From positions 4,824 to 68,823 of the forward strand of contig CAZYWG010000008.1 of NCBI GenBank assembly GCA_964651815.1: DNA of 64,000 bases, written 5' to 3'. The notes below the pieces were generated by a model. The model saw only the letters and a list, made by a program, of their open reading frames with translations. It did not search any database and had not been told where the DNA came from. Positions 29,663 through 39,569 of this stretch are shown here, one piece after another. The first letter of the stretch is position 1, and each line of letters opens with the position of its first letter. This DNA comes from an uncultured Gammaproteobacteria bacterium. Lineage in GTDB: Bacteria > Patescibacteriota > Microgenomatia > Levybacterales > GWA1-39-11. The position numbers were made by a program, and so were the translations under genes.

Positions 29663-31117
29663 TTATTTGTTATTAATTATTAGCTTTTCGCCGATTTTAT
29701 AAACGTCCCCTGCCCCAACAGTGAAAATAATATTATTTTCACTGTTAATGTTTTGGTTGACATATTTTACCACAAGATCAGGCGTTTCTATGAGTTTGAC
29801 GTTTGAGTGAATCAACCTAATTTTTTCAACAAAATCTTGATCTTCCACAAGATTTTGGTGGCCTGCGTCCCGCATGGATGAAAAAGTGGGCAAAATTATT
29901 ACTTCATAAGCTCCCGAAAAAGCGGACGCAAATGCGGGAAGCATTGAGCGAGTCCGCTCAAATGTATGGGCCTGAAAAATAACTGTTATTTTTTTTGCAG
30001 GAAACGCTGTACGCGCAGCCTCAAGAGTTTTCCGAATTTCTTCCGGATGATGCGCGTAATCATCAAATATCTCAACACCGTCAGCTGTCACGCCGATTCT
30101 TTCAAACCTACGGCTGCTACCGGTAAATTCATTCAAGACTCGCTTAACGTCGTGAACCGCAACCCCAATCTCCATCAAAAATGCTATAACGGCCAGGGAA
30201 TTCTTTGCGTTGTGGTAGCCAGGAATAGATAATTCAAATTCTCCTAGATCCATCTCCCCGCGCGTTACACCAAAGCGAGAACTTAGACCATTCTGTTTGA
30301 AATTCTTTATCTTAAACTCGTTTGATAAATCCGTTCCGTAAGTAATATTCTTAAGTCTTGCGTCTTGAGTCTTAAATTTCTTTAAGTTGTCGTCGTCGCC
30401 ATTTATTATAATGGTTGCATCTTCTGAGAGATTTGACACCAACTTTTCAAATGCGGCAGTCACGGCATCAATATCCGCATAAAAATCAGGGTGGTCAAAA
30501 TCTATGTTGTTAATTATCAAGAATTGCGGTTTTTGGTATAAAAATTTGGGCGTAGGGTCATATTTTTTCTCAGAAACGTATTCATCTGCTTCTGCAATAA
30601 AATATTTACCTGTCCCAAAGTGTCCGGCCGGACCAATTCCTTTAATCTCACTCGTACCAACAGTATAGGTTGGATCTAAGCCAAGTTTTACCATACAAAA
30701 AGCCAACATTGCACCAATTGTGGTCTTGCCGTGAGCGCCGGAAACGGATATTCCTTCTGACTTTTTGCTAAATAAATCACCCGTCATAAATAATCCGACA
30801 GCTTCGCCGTGAGAAATCACTTTTATACCTTTTTCTTTTGCAAAAAGGGCTTCAGGGTTATCAAAGCCTTCGTGAGCGCCGGTTGCAATAAATAAAACCT
30901 CTTTCGAACCTATGCCCGCGACAAAGGATTCGACATTTTCTTTTTTAAAACCCACCAATACATCAATACCTCTGTCTTTTAAAACCTTATCCGTTATAAA
31001 CTCTTGTTCAACGTCTGACCCGCCAACTATAAACCCGGCCTCTTTTGCGATGATTGCAAGAGTTGCCATCCCAACGCCTTTTATTCCCATGAAATAGATT
31101 TTTCGATAAGAAACCAT
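29663..31117 (-). CDS. murC: UDP-MurNAc-L-alanine ligase MurC
   Basis: GIKGVGM, GAHGKTT, EADE, DFDHPD, DDYAHHP and FQAH motifs. Start moved to ATG 31117, just after TGCTATAAT. Confidence 0.96.
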   Translation of the reverse strand: MVSYRKIYFMGIKGVGMATLAIIAKEAGFIVGGSDVEQEFITDKVLKDRGIDVLVGFKKENVESFVAGIGSKEVLFIATGAHEGFDNPEALFAKEKGIKVISHGEAVGLFMTGDLFSKKSEGISVSGAHGKTTIGAMLAFCMVKLGLDPTYTVGTSEIKGIGPAGHFGTGKYFIAEADEYVSEKKYDPTPKFLYQKPQFLIINNIDFDHPDFYADIDAVTAAFEKLVSNLSEDATIIINGDDDNLKKFKTQDARLKNITYGTDLSNEFKIKNFKQNGLSSRFGVTRGEMDLGEFELSIPGYHNAKNSLAVIAFLMEIGVAVHDVKRVLNEFTGSSRRFERIGVTADGVEIFDDYAHHPEEIRKTLEAARTAFPAKKITVIFQAHTFERTRSMLPAFASAFSGAYEVIILPTFSSMRDAGHQNLVEDQDFVEKIRLIHSNVKLIETPDLVVKYVNQNINSENNIIFTVGAGDVYKIGEKLIINNK

Positions 31118-31217
31118 ACGCAAATTATAGCAGAATCTCAAGGGTAAACAGTGAGAATTTTAAATTAAGCATAATCCTATAATACTAAAGCCGGCCTGAA
31201 AAATGTTATAATCCATT

Positions 31218-31443
31218 AATTGCAATATAAAACAAGTAGCGTCTTTTTTGCATGGGCGTCATAGGCTTTTAATATTGCATTTTCGATATAAATTTATCGA
31301 CTCGCACTTTAATAGAGGATTTCAGTTTAATAAATTCATCGCGAATGACACTTTGCATATCAACATCTGGTATTCAATGCGTCATTCTCGATGGCAAATA
31401 ACAGCGATTTATCGCATGAGAAAGGTAAGATTAGGAGGATTCG
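31218..31443 (+). ncRNA. Structured 5' leader of the GC-richer insert operon
   Basis: Extended -10 TGTTATAAT at 31204-31212. Hairpins TGCAATAT/ATATTGCA, TCGATA/TATCGA and CATCGCGAATGAC/GTCATTCTCGATG. SD AGGAGG at 31433-31438. Confidence 0.45.
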
Positions 31444-31695
31444 ATGACGGCTCTATGGTTGATTTTCGTGCTTGGGATTGCAGTTGCGATGTTGCGCCTA
31501 TTCTATAAAATTCAGCCTACATCAACGCTGTATAGCCTTACGAACGGAGGATTCATCGTCTTAGGAACGGTTATGATGATGGCCTCACCTGTGATCTTTG
31601 GAATCACGCTCATTTCACTTGTGATGTTCTTCATTGGACTCATCCTTGTGTTTTGGGGCGTTTCTCCACTGATCGAAGACGACATCTACGAGTAA
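31444..31695 (+). CDS. Small membrane protein (about 3 TM)
   Basis: Strong SD AGGAGG; hydrophobic 83-aa ORF. Confidence 0.75.
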   Translation: MTALWLIFVLGIAVAMLRLFYKIQPTSTLYSLTNGGFIVLGTVMMMASPVIFGITLISLVMFFIGLILVFWGVSPLIEDDIYE

Positions 31696-31855
31696 CGGGT
31701 CACGTTGACTCACCATAAAGCTCGGAGGGAGCGAAATGAAAAAGGGTTTCATACTCTCTTCCTTGCCTTGTTCTTCGCGACTCTAGGCTTGGATCAGTTC
31801 ATCGGTTATCGGTAGGCAACAAGAAGCAAGAGCTTCGCAAGTTAAGGAGACAACA

Positions 31856-32413
31856 ATGTTCCGCGCTATGATAGTTTTTGTGCTTGCAGCAGCCGCGATT
31901 TACGCGATGTACCGCATGTACAAAACGAAAGATTCTCAGCAGGAAGAGGTATCAACCTACTTCTTAGAGGCTCCCAACCACTTGAGGCTCCTCACGTTAG
32001 ATGAGCCCAAAGGACCGGAAGGGGTTGTTGAGGAGATGAAAGCGGAAAAGGACGCAGATGAGGTTACCCTCGAAGAAGCTGTGGCCCAACCCCAGATCAA
32101 CTGGAACAAGATGCCCGCGGGCTATCCTCTTGTTTGGGAGCAAGGCGATCAGCAACTTGTTTGTATCGTTCATCGCGATGCCGACCCAGGGTCAGAGTTG
32201 CTTGACGTCCGAGTCTACGGTCGACGAGTATCAGGTATAAAAACCCTGAGACGCTCCGAGCTACGCCCGACATCCATCACTGAGATTAGAGATCTTTTTC
32301 CCCCCGTTGGAAATGGGAAAAGGATTCTTGAAATCATTGAGCAGTCATACCTTCAGAACACGCCCAGCGTGATCGTCGGTATACCCGCGTCTGGAAGCTC
32401 TGAGACAGCTTGA
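31856..32413 (+). CDS. Membrane-anchored hypothetical protein
   Basis: SD AAGGAG; N-terminal TM followed by an acidic soluble domain. Confidence 0.8.
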   Translation: MFRAMIVFVLAAAAIYAMYRMYKTKDSQQEEVSTYFLEAPNHLRLLTLDEPKGPEGVVEEMKAEKDADEVTLEEAVAQPQINWNKMPAGYPLVWEQGDQQLVCIVHRDADPGSELLDVRVYGRRVSGIKTLRRSELRPTSITEIRDLFPPVGNGKRILEIIEQSYLQNTPSVIVGIPASGSSETA

Positions 32414-32700
32414 TCTTCAGAAAAACTACTGGAATCCCCATAATGGGTGACCACGTGAGTGGCCAAGTTGCGAGAGAACACATCAGGGTAAAACCTGATC
32501 ACTTAGACGCATAGTCTAAGGCCCAGCCGGTTAGTCCGTTCGCGAATTGTAATGCAAGTAAGCATTTGCACCACGCATTCGTGAACATTAACCGGTTGGG
32601 TTTCTCTTTAGAAACTCTTAATGAACGAAGAGAATTTAGAGTTTCTTAATCCGCCGAATGCAAAGCAAGTGATGGCTGCGAGCGAGTTTAAGTTTAAAAA
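32414..32700 (+). ncRNA. Multi-branch structured 3' RNA
   Basis: CCAC-GTGA-GTGG; GAGAGAA/TTCTCTT closing ATCAGG/CCTGAT, CTTAGAC/GTCTAAG and the long GCCCAGCCGGTTAG...TTAACCGGTTGGGT arm; AGAAACTCT/AGAGTTTCT. Confidence 0.6.
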
Positions 32701-32712
32701 TGACAAATGAAT

Positions 32713-34398
32713 TTATTCGGGTGGTAAGTTGTAATACTTTATAATATCGCGGGCTATGTTAAAAAAAATTGGCGCCGCAGTCTCAGAACCATAAATTGAT
32801 GTTTTTGGTCTGTGCAACACAACGAGCATTGCAACTTTTGGATTGTCAGGCGGGAAAAAACCTACAAATGACGCAACGGTTTGGTTAGCATCATAATGCC
32901 CCGCTACCGGAATTTGCGCCGTCCCGGTCTTTCCTGCAATCTTATAATTTGGAATTTTTGTCCACTTTGCCTCTCCTCTCTCAACCGCATCTATCATCAT
33001 AGACGTCACTATTTTGGCCGCAACGTTTGAAATAGTCTTATTCTTAACTTTTGGTTGGATATCAATAGTCTTCCCTTCAGGTGTTTGGATTTGGCTCACA
33101 ACATAAGGCTGCATAAGATTTCCGCCATTGGCAATAGATGAAACCGCCGTTATTAGCTGAATTGGTGTTATTGAAATTCCCTGGCCAAAAGAAGCCGTTG
33201 CAAGGTCTATTGGATACCAGCGCTCTGGATCTTTGACAACACCGGTTGCCTCCCCTTGCAAATCAATTCCCGTCTGGACTCCAAGCCCATATTTTCTCAA
33301 GTAATCAACCATAGTATTTAACCCAAGTTTTCTTGAAACAAAAACCATTCCGGTATTATCCGAATGCACTATTACGTCTTCCATTGATGTGTTTGGAAAA
33401 TATTTATTGTCCCAAGTTTTTATTTGATATTCACCTATTTGAACCGGACCTCCACAAATATCGCAGCGTGTTTCAGGCTTCACTAGATTTTTATCAATTG
33501 CTGCCCCCATAATAAGCACTTTAAATGTTGAGCCCGGTTCGTAAAGGTCTGAAAGCGCCGGATTGGCGTAATTTTTAGGATCAAAATCGTAATAGTCCTG
33601 AGCATTAAAAGAAGGGTAAGAAGACATGGCAAGAACAGCACCGGTTTGAGGATTCATGACTATTACGCTTCCGCCGTCCGCTTCATACTTATTAATACCC
33701 GTGGCTAGTTTTTGGTCTGCGATATATTGAATTGTACGGTCAATTGTAAGCCTAACGTTTCTTCCGTCAATTTTTTGGTCTTTCCTGACATCATTTATAA
33801 TTGGGTTTCCGAGTGCGTCTTTCACTGCATAAAGTGCACCGGACCTGCCGGCAAGCTGGTCATTGTATTCTCCTTCAATACCAAAATATCCACGATGAGC
33901 ACCATATGAGTCACGCCCGACAAATCCAACTAAATGAGCAGCCATAGAAGCTTCCGGATACATCCTTGAATATTCCTGCTCAAATCCTATACCCGGAAGA
34001 TTTAACGCAGCAATTTGGTCTTTTTTGTCAGAGTCAAGGTTTTGGGCAAGTTTTACCCAGAAAAGATTTTGTATAAGTTTTGCTGAAATTGAAGCGGGGT
34101 CATCTCCTAAAATCGATGCAAGTTTTTGCGCGTAAGAAGGCACATCATTTATTACTTTTGGATTAGAGTAAACAAGAAAAGATATTGTGTTTGTAGCAAC
34201 AGGGAAATTATCAGACGTCCTGATCTCGCCTCTCATTGCAGGGATAACAAGCGTTTCTTCACTTTGGAGTTTTCCAAGAGACCTAAGAGAATCGGCCCTT
34301 ACAACCTGCCAATAAAAAAGGCGTGTTATAAGAATGAAGTAGAAAATACAGATGCCCGCGGCGACAGTTAAGAACCTTAAGACTTCGCGCTTCTTCAT
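32713..34398 (-). CDS. ftsI: Class B penicillin-binding protein (FtsI)
   Basis: RGEI, RMYP, EPGSTFK (SxxK), SDN and KTGTAQ motifs; follows ftsL. Confidence 0.93.
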   Translation of the reverse strand: MKKREVLRFLTVAAGICIFYFILITRLFYWQVVRADSLRSLGKLQSEETLVIPAMRGEIRTSDNFPVATNTISFLVYSNPKVINDVPSYAQKLASILGDDPASISAKLIQNLFWVKLAQNLDSDKKDQIAALNLPGIGFEQEYSRMYPEASMAAHLVGFVGRDSYGAHRGYFGIEGEYNDQLAGRSGALYAVKDALGNPIINDVRKDQKIDGRNVRLTIDRTIQYIADQKLATGINKYEADGGSVIVMNPQTGAVLAMSSYPSFNAQDYYDFDPKNYANPALSDLYEPGSTFKVLIMGAAIDKNLVKPETRCDICGGPVQIGEYQIKTWDNKYFPNTSMEDVIVHSDNTGMVFVSRKLGLNTMVDYLRKYGLGVQTGIDLQGEATGVVKDPERWYPIDLATASFGQGISITPIQLITAVSSIANGGNLMQPYVVSQIQTPEGKTIDIQPKVKNKTISNVAAKIVTSMMIDAVERGEAKWTKIPNYKIAGKTGTAQIPVAGHYDANQTVASFVGFFPPDNPKVAMLVVLHRPKTSIYGSETAAPIFFNIARDIIKYYNLPPE

Positions 34399-34682
34399 CT
34401 TCCAATAGCCACGCGCGCAGGGTCATAAACAGAAACAATGTCTTGTGTTGAAACAAGACCTAAAGACGCCGCGCGTGACGCAATTGTTTGGTAAGATATT
34501 TTCGAAAGAACTTTATCACGTAGAACCAGATTTTTCTCGGTCAGCACATCTATTTGGTTTTGTAAACGGGAAGCCAAAATACTATTTAATGAAGTTGTAT
34601 TTGAAATATAAACGCGAGCAACTTGTGTCACAATTGCCAATAAGATCAAAATAAGGATAGATAAAGATATAATTTTGTTCAT
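34395..34682 (-). CDS. ftsL: FtsL-like septal protein
   Basis: TM plus coiled coil ending in A..LGL; lies between rsmH and ftsI. Confidence 0.7.
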   Translation of the reverse strand: MNKIISLSILILILLAIVTQVARVYISNTTSLNSILASRLQNQIDVLTEKNLVLRDKVLSKISYQTIASRAASLGLVSTQDIVSVYDPARVAIGR

Positions 34683-34691
34683 TTTTGACTT

Positions 34692-35579
34692 TTAACTTTC
34701 ATTTGTTTTTTCTAATACTCTAAGCTTCGCGCTACGCGAACGTCTGTTTTTTGTTGTTTCATCATCCGTCGCAATAATCGGTTTTTTATTTATAAGATGC
34801 GCTCGACCCTCTCTTGCAAGCTTTAGAAAATAAAGTTTTACTGCCCTGTCTTCAAGCGAATGAAATGAGATTACCTCAAATTTTGCGCCCTCATTTAGAA
34901 GTTTGAATCCGCTTTCCAATGCTTGTCTTAAGTTATCTATTTCCGAATTAACGTATATTCTTAATGCTTGAAAAACTTTAGTTGAAGGATTTAATTTTCC
35001 GGAAGGCTTAACTACGCTTTCTATAATCTTTGCGAGTTCCAGGCTTGTTTTTATTTCTTTTTCCGCGCGTGTTGTAACAATTTCTTGTGCTATTCTTCTT
35101 GCCGCGTTTTCTTCTCCGTATTTTGCAAAAATTTCATAAAGCTCGTCTTGAGACCCGGTGTTAACAATTTCTTGTGCTGTCAATTCCGAATCTGCATCCA
35201 TTCTCATGTCTAGTGGCTCATCCCTGCGGAAAGAAAAACCTCGCCCGGAATGATCAATCTGGTTACTTGATACACCCAGATCAAGCAAAATTCCATCGAC
35301 CTTTCCAAAACCGGTGTTTTGGGCTATTTTTTCTATATTCGCAAAGTTGTCATGAACAACAACTAATTGTCCTTTTTTTATTTCAGATTCAAACTTCTTT
35401 TTAAGGTGCAAAATTGCGTCTTTATCCTGATCTATTCCTAAAACCATTCCGCTCCGTTTTAATATTTCTGCGGCGTGTCCGCCGCCCCCAATTGTCCCGT
35501 CTATATACTTCCCGGAGGACTTAATGTTTAAATTGTCAACTACACTGGTAAGTAGTACCGGCGTGTGAAAATTATCCAT
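34692..35579 (-). CDS. rsmH: 16S rRNA m4C1402 methyltransferase RsmH
   Basis: HTPVLL, DGTIGGGGH, DLGVSS.Q, PLDMRM, FQALRI, SFHSLED and RSRSAKLR motifs. Start MDNFH at 35579. Confidence 0.97.
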   Translation of the reverse strand: MDNFHTPVLLTSVVDNLNIKSSGKYIDGTIGGGGHAAEILKRSGMVLGIDQDKDAILHLKKKFESEIKKGQLVVVHDNFANIEKIAQNTGFGKVDGILLDLGVSSNQIDHSGRGFSFRRDEPLDMRMDADSELTAQEIVNTGSQDELYEIFAKYGEENAARRIAQEIVTTRAEKEIKTSLELAKIIESVVKPSGKLNPSTKVFQALRIYVNSEIDNLRQALESGFKLLNEGAKFEVISFHSLEDRAVKLYFLKLAREGRAHLINKKPIIATDDETTKNRRSRSAKLRVLEKTNES

Positions 35580-36024
35580 TCCTCTCCTTTTTCTCGCGAT
35601 CCTTGTCAATTAATCTTTTTGAAATTCCTTCTATGTTTTTTGTCAATTTCACACTGTACTCTTCCCAACGCTTTTTATCCCAAACCTCAACGTATCTTGA
35701 TAAACCTAGGAATATAACCTCATTTTCAATTCCTGCAAACGTTCTAAGGTACGCTGGCGTAATAAACCTTCCCTTGCTATCGAGCTCAATAAGTGAGGCT
35801 CCGCCAAGTAAGAACCTCTGTGTTTCGCGTGTTTCATATTCGATGAATGGCCTTCCTCTTGTACCTTCAAGAAGAGATTCCCATTCTTGCTGTGAGACAA
35901 TGATAAGTGAGCTTTCAAAACCTTGTGTTGCGATAAGCTTGTCGCCGAGTGTTTCGCGGAATTTTTTTGGGAAGGAAACCCTTCCTTTTTCATCAATTTT
36001 ACTTTCATATTGGCCTATCAACAT
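35572..36024 (-). CDS. mraZ: Transcriptional regulator MraZ
   Basis: Two DxKGR..P motifs; first gene of the dcw cluster. Confidence 0.97.
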   Translation of the reverse strand: MLIGQYESKIDEKGRVSFPKKFRETLGDKLIATQGFESSLIIVSQQEWESLLEGTRGRPFIEYETRETQRFLLGGASLIELDSKGRFITPAYLRTFAGIENEVIFLGLSRYVEVWDKKRWEEYSVKLTKNIEGISKRLIDKDREKKERNG

Positions 36025-36138
36025 AGAATTTTAAGACCGTTTTAAGCGGAGAACCTGCCTATATGTCCGTCTAAGAATTACCTAAGACGAACCGAACCAA
36101 AACTTACTTCGTAGAAATTAAGGATGTTAAAAATGTAT

Positions 36139-36198
36139 TCCCAGATCCCACTTCTTCCCATCTTTTCCCATTTTGTACCTTTTTTTGGGACAGGTCAA
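36139..36198 (-). promoter_or_regulatory. dcw promoter with MraZ-binding TGGGA direct repeats
   Basis: Minus-strand TGGGA at 36166-70, 36156-60 and 36146-50 (10-bp period), plus 36139-43. TTGACC -35 at 36193-98. Matches the known TGGGN-type MraZ boxes. Confidence 0.85.
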
Positions 36199-36361
36199 GT
36201 AGCAATTGGGGTAAAATAGTGGACTAGGACAAGCAAAACACTATATGGGAAAATTTGTATGAAATTATTTGTATTAGGTAGAATGTATTATGTAGTAAGC
36301 AAGTAAACACGAGGGACTACGGAAGAAATTCACATAATACTTTATACAAGCTACTTTATAC

Positions 36362-36856
36362 TTACTTAAAGGGGATTGAGTCGGTTACGCTTGCTACTTC
36401 TCCGCTGTCATATACTATTTTAAGTATAAATTTGATGTCTGATGTTACGTCATCATACTTACAAGTACCGGATGAACAGGTACCAAGTAGAATCTCTTTT
36501 TTAATATCTGATTGTCCGGAAACGTCAATGTCTGATGAAACGACGCCGCGAGGTACGTTGCTCAATTCACCAGTATCAGGATCTTTTGCGTTGGCATTGT
36601 AATCTGCTTCATATTGAATTGATTTAACACCTGTCAGCTTTCCAATTTCCATTTCAACAGCGCGCTTGTCCGCTCTGAGCGAAAGAGTTAACCCAATATC
36701 TTGCGGGCTTAACTTTTTTACATTTTGGGTCTGGTCGCCAGCGGGAGGCGCTGTTTGAGCACCTTTTGAACGCGTAAAGACAAATACTGCACCCAACACA
36801 ACAACTATTACAACTATAGCGCCGACCAGGATTTTGTTTTTAATCAGAAAGTCCAT
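36362..36856 (-). CDS. Membrane-anchored hypothetical protein
   Basis: N-terminal TM and a C-terminal LGTCSSGTCKYD motif. Confidence 0.8.
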   Translation of the reverse strand: MDFLIKNKILVGAIVVIVVVLGAVFVFTRSKGAQTAPPAGDQTQNVKKLSPQDIGLTLSLRADKRAVEMEIGKLTGVKSIQYEADYNANAKDPDTGELSNVPRGVVSSDIDVSGQSDIKKEILLGTCSSGTCKYDDVTSDIKFILKIVYDSGEVASVTDSIPFK

Positions 36857-36883
36857 GAATTAATTAATACAAAAAAAATATGC

Positions 36884-38359
36884 TTAGTCAAGTTTCTCTT
36901 TGAGATAGCCTTCCACGCTGTCTTCCGGAATGCGAATTTGGGTTGCAGTATCCCTGTCACGGATTGTAACTGTGCCATCCTCTAATGTTTGAAAATCGAT
37001 TGTTATACAAAATGGCGTACCTATCTCATCTTGCGCAAAATAGCGCTTCCCTATATTTCCACGCTCATCCCAAGCTACAAGGCTATTCCTGCGTAGCTTA
37101 CTGTATATATTGCGTGCACGCGCACCTAGCTCAGGCTTGTTTGCCAAGAGAGGAAATACGGCTGCTTTGTAGGGAGCAATCTTAGGACTGAGCTTGAGGA
37201 AAAAACGCTCTCCGTCTTGCTGATACGCATCACACAGAACCATAAGGAAAAGCCTGTTTATTCCAACAGCAGGCTCTATAACATGCGGGAGAATTTTTTC
37301 ATTAGTCACAGGGTCAACAATTTTCAACTCTTTATTTGAATGCTTTTCGTGCTGCGACAAATCATAATTTGTACGGTACGCTAGTCCCCATAATTCTTTA
37401 AAACCAAAAGGAAATTTATATTCTAAGTCTTCAGTCCGCATACTATAAAAAGAGCGCTCTTTATCCGAATGTTCACGCCAACGTAAATTCTCCTCTTTTA
37501 TTCCGAGCTTTTGTATTACAAATTCAAAAATTGAAGATTTCCAAGACTCAAACAATTCTTCCCAATTATTTTTTCCGGAATCAAAAAAATACTCTATTTC
37601 TCCTTGTTCAAATTCTAATGTTCTGAAAACGGAATTTCCCGGGGTTATTTCATTTCTAAAACTTTTCCCAAGTTGAGCAATACCAAAAGGCAAACGAACG
37701 CGCGTTGAATCAACAACGTTTTTAAAATTAATAAACATCCCCTGCGCCGTCTCGCCGCGGAGATATGCAAGCGACTGGTCACCCTCAACAATTCCCATGT
37801 TAACCGGGAAAAGTAAATTGAATTTACGAACAGGCGTCCATTTATCGCCCTTGTTTTCTTTACAATTCGGACACGGAATTTTTAAGTTATTAATTAATTG
37901 GTCAAGTTCTTCGTTAGACAATCCTTCAACTTTCTTCGATTTAATTACTTGATTAATTTTGTGGAGACCTGAAAATTTTTCTTCGGGGACAGCAGATATT
38001 GCTGTATCGAGTTTCTCATCGCTGTAATTTTCTAAAAACCCTTCAATTAAATGGTCTGCGCGCATTCGGAGTTTGCAGTTTTTGCAATCAACTAGAGCGT
38101 CGGCAAATCCAGCCGTGTGGCCTGAGGCTTTCCAAATTTCTTGATGAGAAATAAGAGACGCGTCGAGACCCACAACATCATCTCTGGCGTGGACAAAGTT
38201 ATCCCACCATAAATTCCTGATATTCCTTAGGAGTTCTGCACCAACGGGCCCGTAATCATAAGTATTTGCAAGTCCGCCGTATAATTCCGACCCCGGATAA
38301 ATAAATCCACGCCTTTTGGCAAGTGATGTTACTTTCTCAAATATATTATCCACACGCAC
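36884..38359 (-). CDS. glyQS: Glycine-tRNA ligase, alpha2 type
   Basis: RRGFIYP, YDYGP.G, YLRGETAQG, SFRNEITP, IEPAVG and IGKRY..QDEIGTP motifs. Confidence 0.97.
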   Translation of the reverse strand: MRVDNIFEKVTSLAKRRGFIYPGSELYGGLANTYDYGPVGAELLRNIRNLWWDNFVHARDDVVGLDASLISHQEIWKASGHTAGFADALVDCKNCKLRMRADHLIEGFLENYSDEKLDTAISAVPEEKFSGLHKINQVIKSKKVEGLSNEELDQLINNLKIPCPNCKENKGDKWTPVRKFNLLFPVNMGIVEGDQSLAYLRGETAQGMFINFKNVVDSTRVRLPFGIAQLGKSFRNEITPGNSVFRTLEFEQGEIEYFFDSGKNNWEELFESWKSSIFEFVIQKLGIKEENLRWREHSDKERSFYSMRTEDLEYKFPFGFKELWGLAYRTNYDLSQHEKHSNKELKIVDPVTNEKILPHVIEPAVGINRLFLMVLCDAYQQDGERFFLKLSPKIAPYKAAVFPLLANKPELGARARNIYSKLRRNSLVAWDERGNIGKRYFAQDEIGTPFCITIDFQTLEDGTVTIRDRDTATQIRIPEDSVEGYLKEKLD

Positions 38360-38412
38360 AGTATACCAAGTGCTATACCAACAATAAATAACTTATAGTA
38401 TAATAGTCACTT

Positions 38413-39069
38413 ATGTCCGCAGAACAAGAACAGTTCCTGAGAGGGAAAATTGAAACAATGTCTCTCGAAGACCCTGAGAGATACCACATGCTGGATGAAT
38501 ATAGTCGCGTTATTGGAAGACTAACTGGGGAGCATAATATAACTTTTATGGATACAGAGTCGTTTAGACTGATGCTCTCATATGCTAGGATCCTGAGCAA
38601 CCAAACTATAGTTGACGCAGCTTCAACTGCTGGAGTCAAGACTACAGCATATCAAACTACGGAAAGTGTGTCCTCACATTACCCAAAGACTAATCAAATG
38701 CATGTGTATAGCGCTTACATGGGAATGGAAGCCTTTGAGTTGGCGAAAACGGTTTTAAAAACCGAGCAAGAACGTCAGAAAGTCCGTGAAGCATTAGGGT
38801 TTGACATACATCAAAATCTCAGAACGTTGTGGAGCGTAAAAAAAGATGGCCACTCAGTACTAAGACCTCATTATTATATTGGTGATTTTAGAACCCTCAA
38901 TCAAGAAAGAATTGTTAACACTGAAGGTCTACCATTTATTGAAGCCAAATTAGATTTTAAGGGTGGAGATCCAAAAGCAACAAACCCGCTTATCGATAGC
39001 TATATAACACTACCTTACAGGAATTTTTTGGGTGCTCACGCTTCTCACTCAGCTACAACTATGAGTTGA
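38413..39069 (+). CDS. Hypothetical protein with an XRE-like HTH
   Basis: LSYARILSNQTIVDAASTAGVKTTAYQTTES...YPK pattern; TATAAT 8 nt before the ATG. Confidence 0.6.
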   Translation: MSAEQEQFLRGKIETMSLEDPERYHMLDEYSRVIGRLTGEHNITFMDTESFRLMLSYARILSNQTIVDAASTAGVKTTAYQTTESVSSHYPKTNQMHVYSAYMGMEAFELAKTVLKTEQERQKVREALGFDIHQNLRTLWSVKKDGHSVLRPHYYIGDFRTLNQERIVNTEGLPFIEAKLDFKGGDPKATNPLIDSYITLPYRNFLGAHASHSATTMS

Positions 39070-39541
39070 GGATTACTATACCCACATTAAGAATCATGGC
39101 GAAAAAAACCCACGCAAGATATGGATACAGCAGATAAGAAGCCGGTTTTGAAACCTTTGCAAAAATCTTAATCGTCACATAAATTAAAATCAAAAGCACA
39201 ACAATTACAGCGGCAGCGAGAGTAATACTATGAAACCCAAAAAATACAATAGACCACAAAACATTTAAAATTAGTTGTGCTGCAAAAAGTCTAATCCCCT
39301 CCTGTTTTATTTTTTTTGTTTTTGAGCCTTTTGATGTCCAAATTAAATATAAAGATAACCCCATTAAAATATGAAGAACTGTCCAAACAGGGCCAAAAAC
39401 TTGATTTGGAGGATTGAAAAACGGCTTATTGAGTGCCTCATACCAAGGAGAGATTGAGGGAATAGTAAAATACCAACCTACTGCACCCGCTGCGAGAGGC
39501 AGAAAAAGAGAAATTAAAAGTTTTGTTAATTTATTATCCAT
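39059..39541 (-). CDS. tspO: TspO/MBR tryptophan-rich sensory protein
   Basis: WY..LNKP.FNPP...FGPVW, LNVLWS..FFG and PYLAW motifs. Confidence 0.93.
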   Translation of the reverse strand: MDNKLTKLLISLFLPLAAGAVGWYFTIPSISPWYEALNKPFFNPPNQVFGPVWTVLHILMGLSLYLIWTSKGSKTKKIKQEGIRLFAAQLILNVLWSIVFFGFHSITLAAAVIVVLLILIYVTIKIFAKVSKPASYLLYPYLAWVFFAMILNVGIVILNS

Positions 39542-39569
39542 TAAATTATTTTAGCATGTTTAACACAAC

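Noticed and set aside
31736-31815. SD-led mini ORF MKKGF... that would give a hydrophobic peptide after a -1 shift at G-AAA-AAG-GGT-TTC
   Set aside because: Too short to distinguish programmed frameshifting from a decayed gene or chance.
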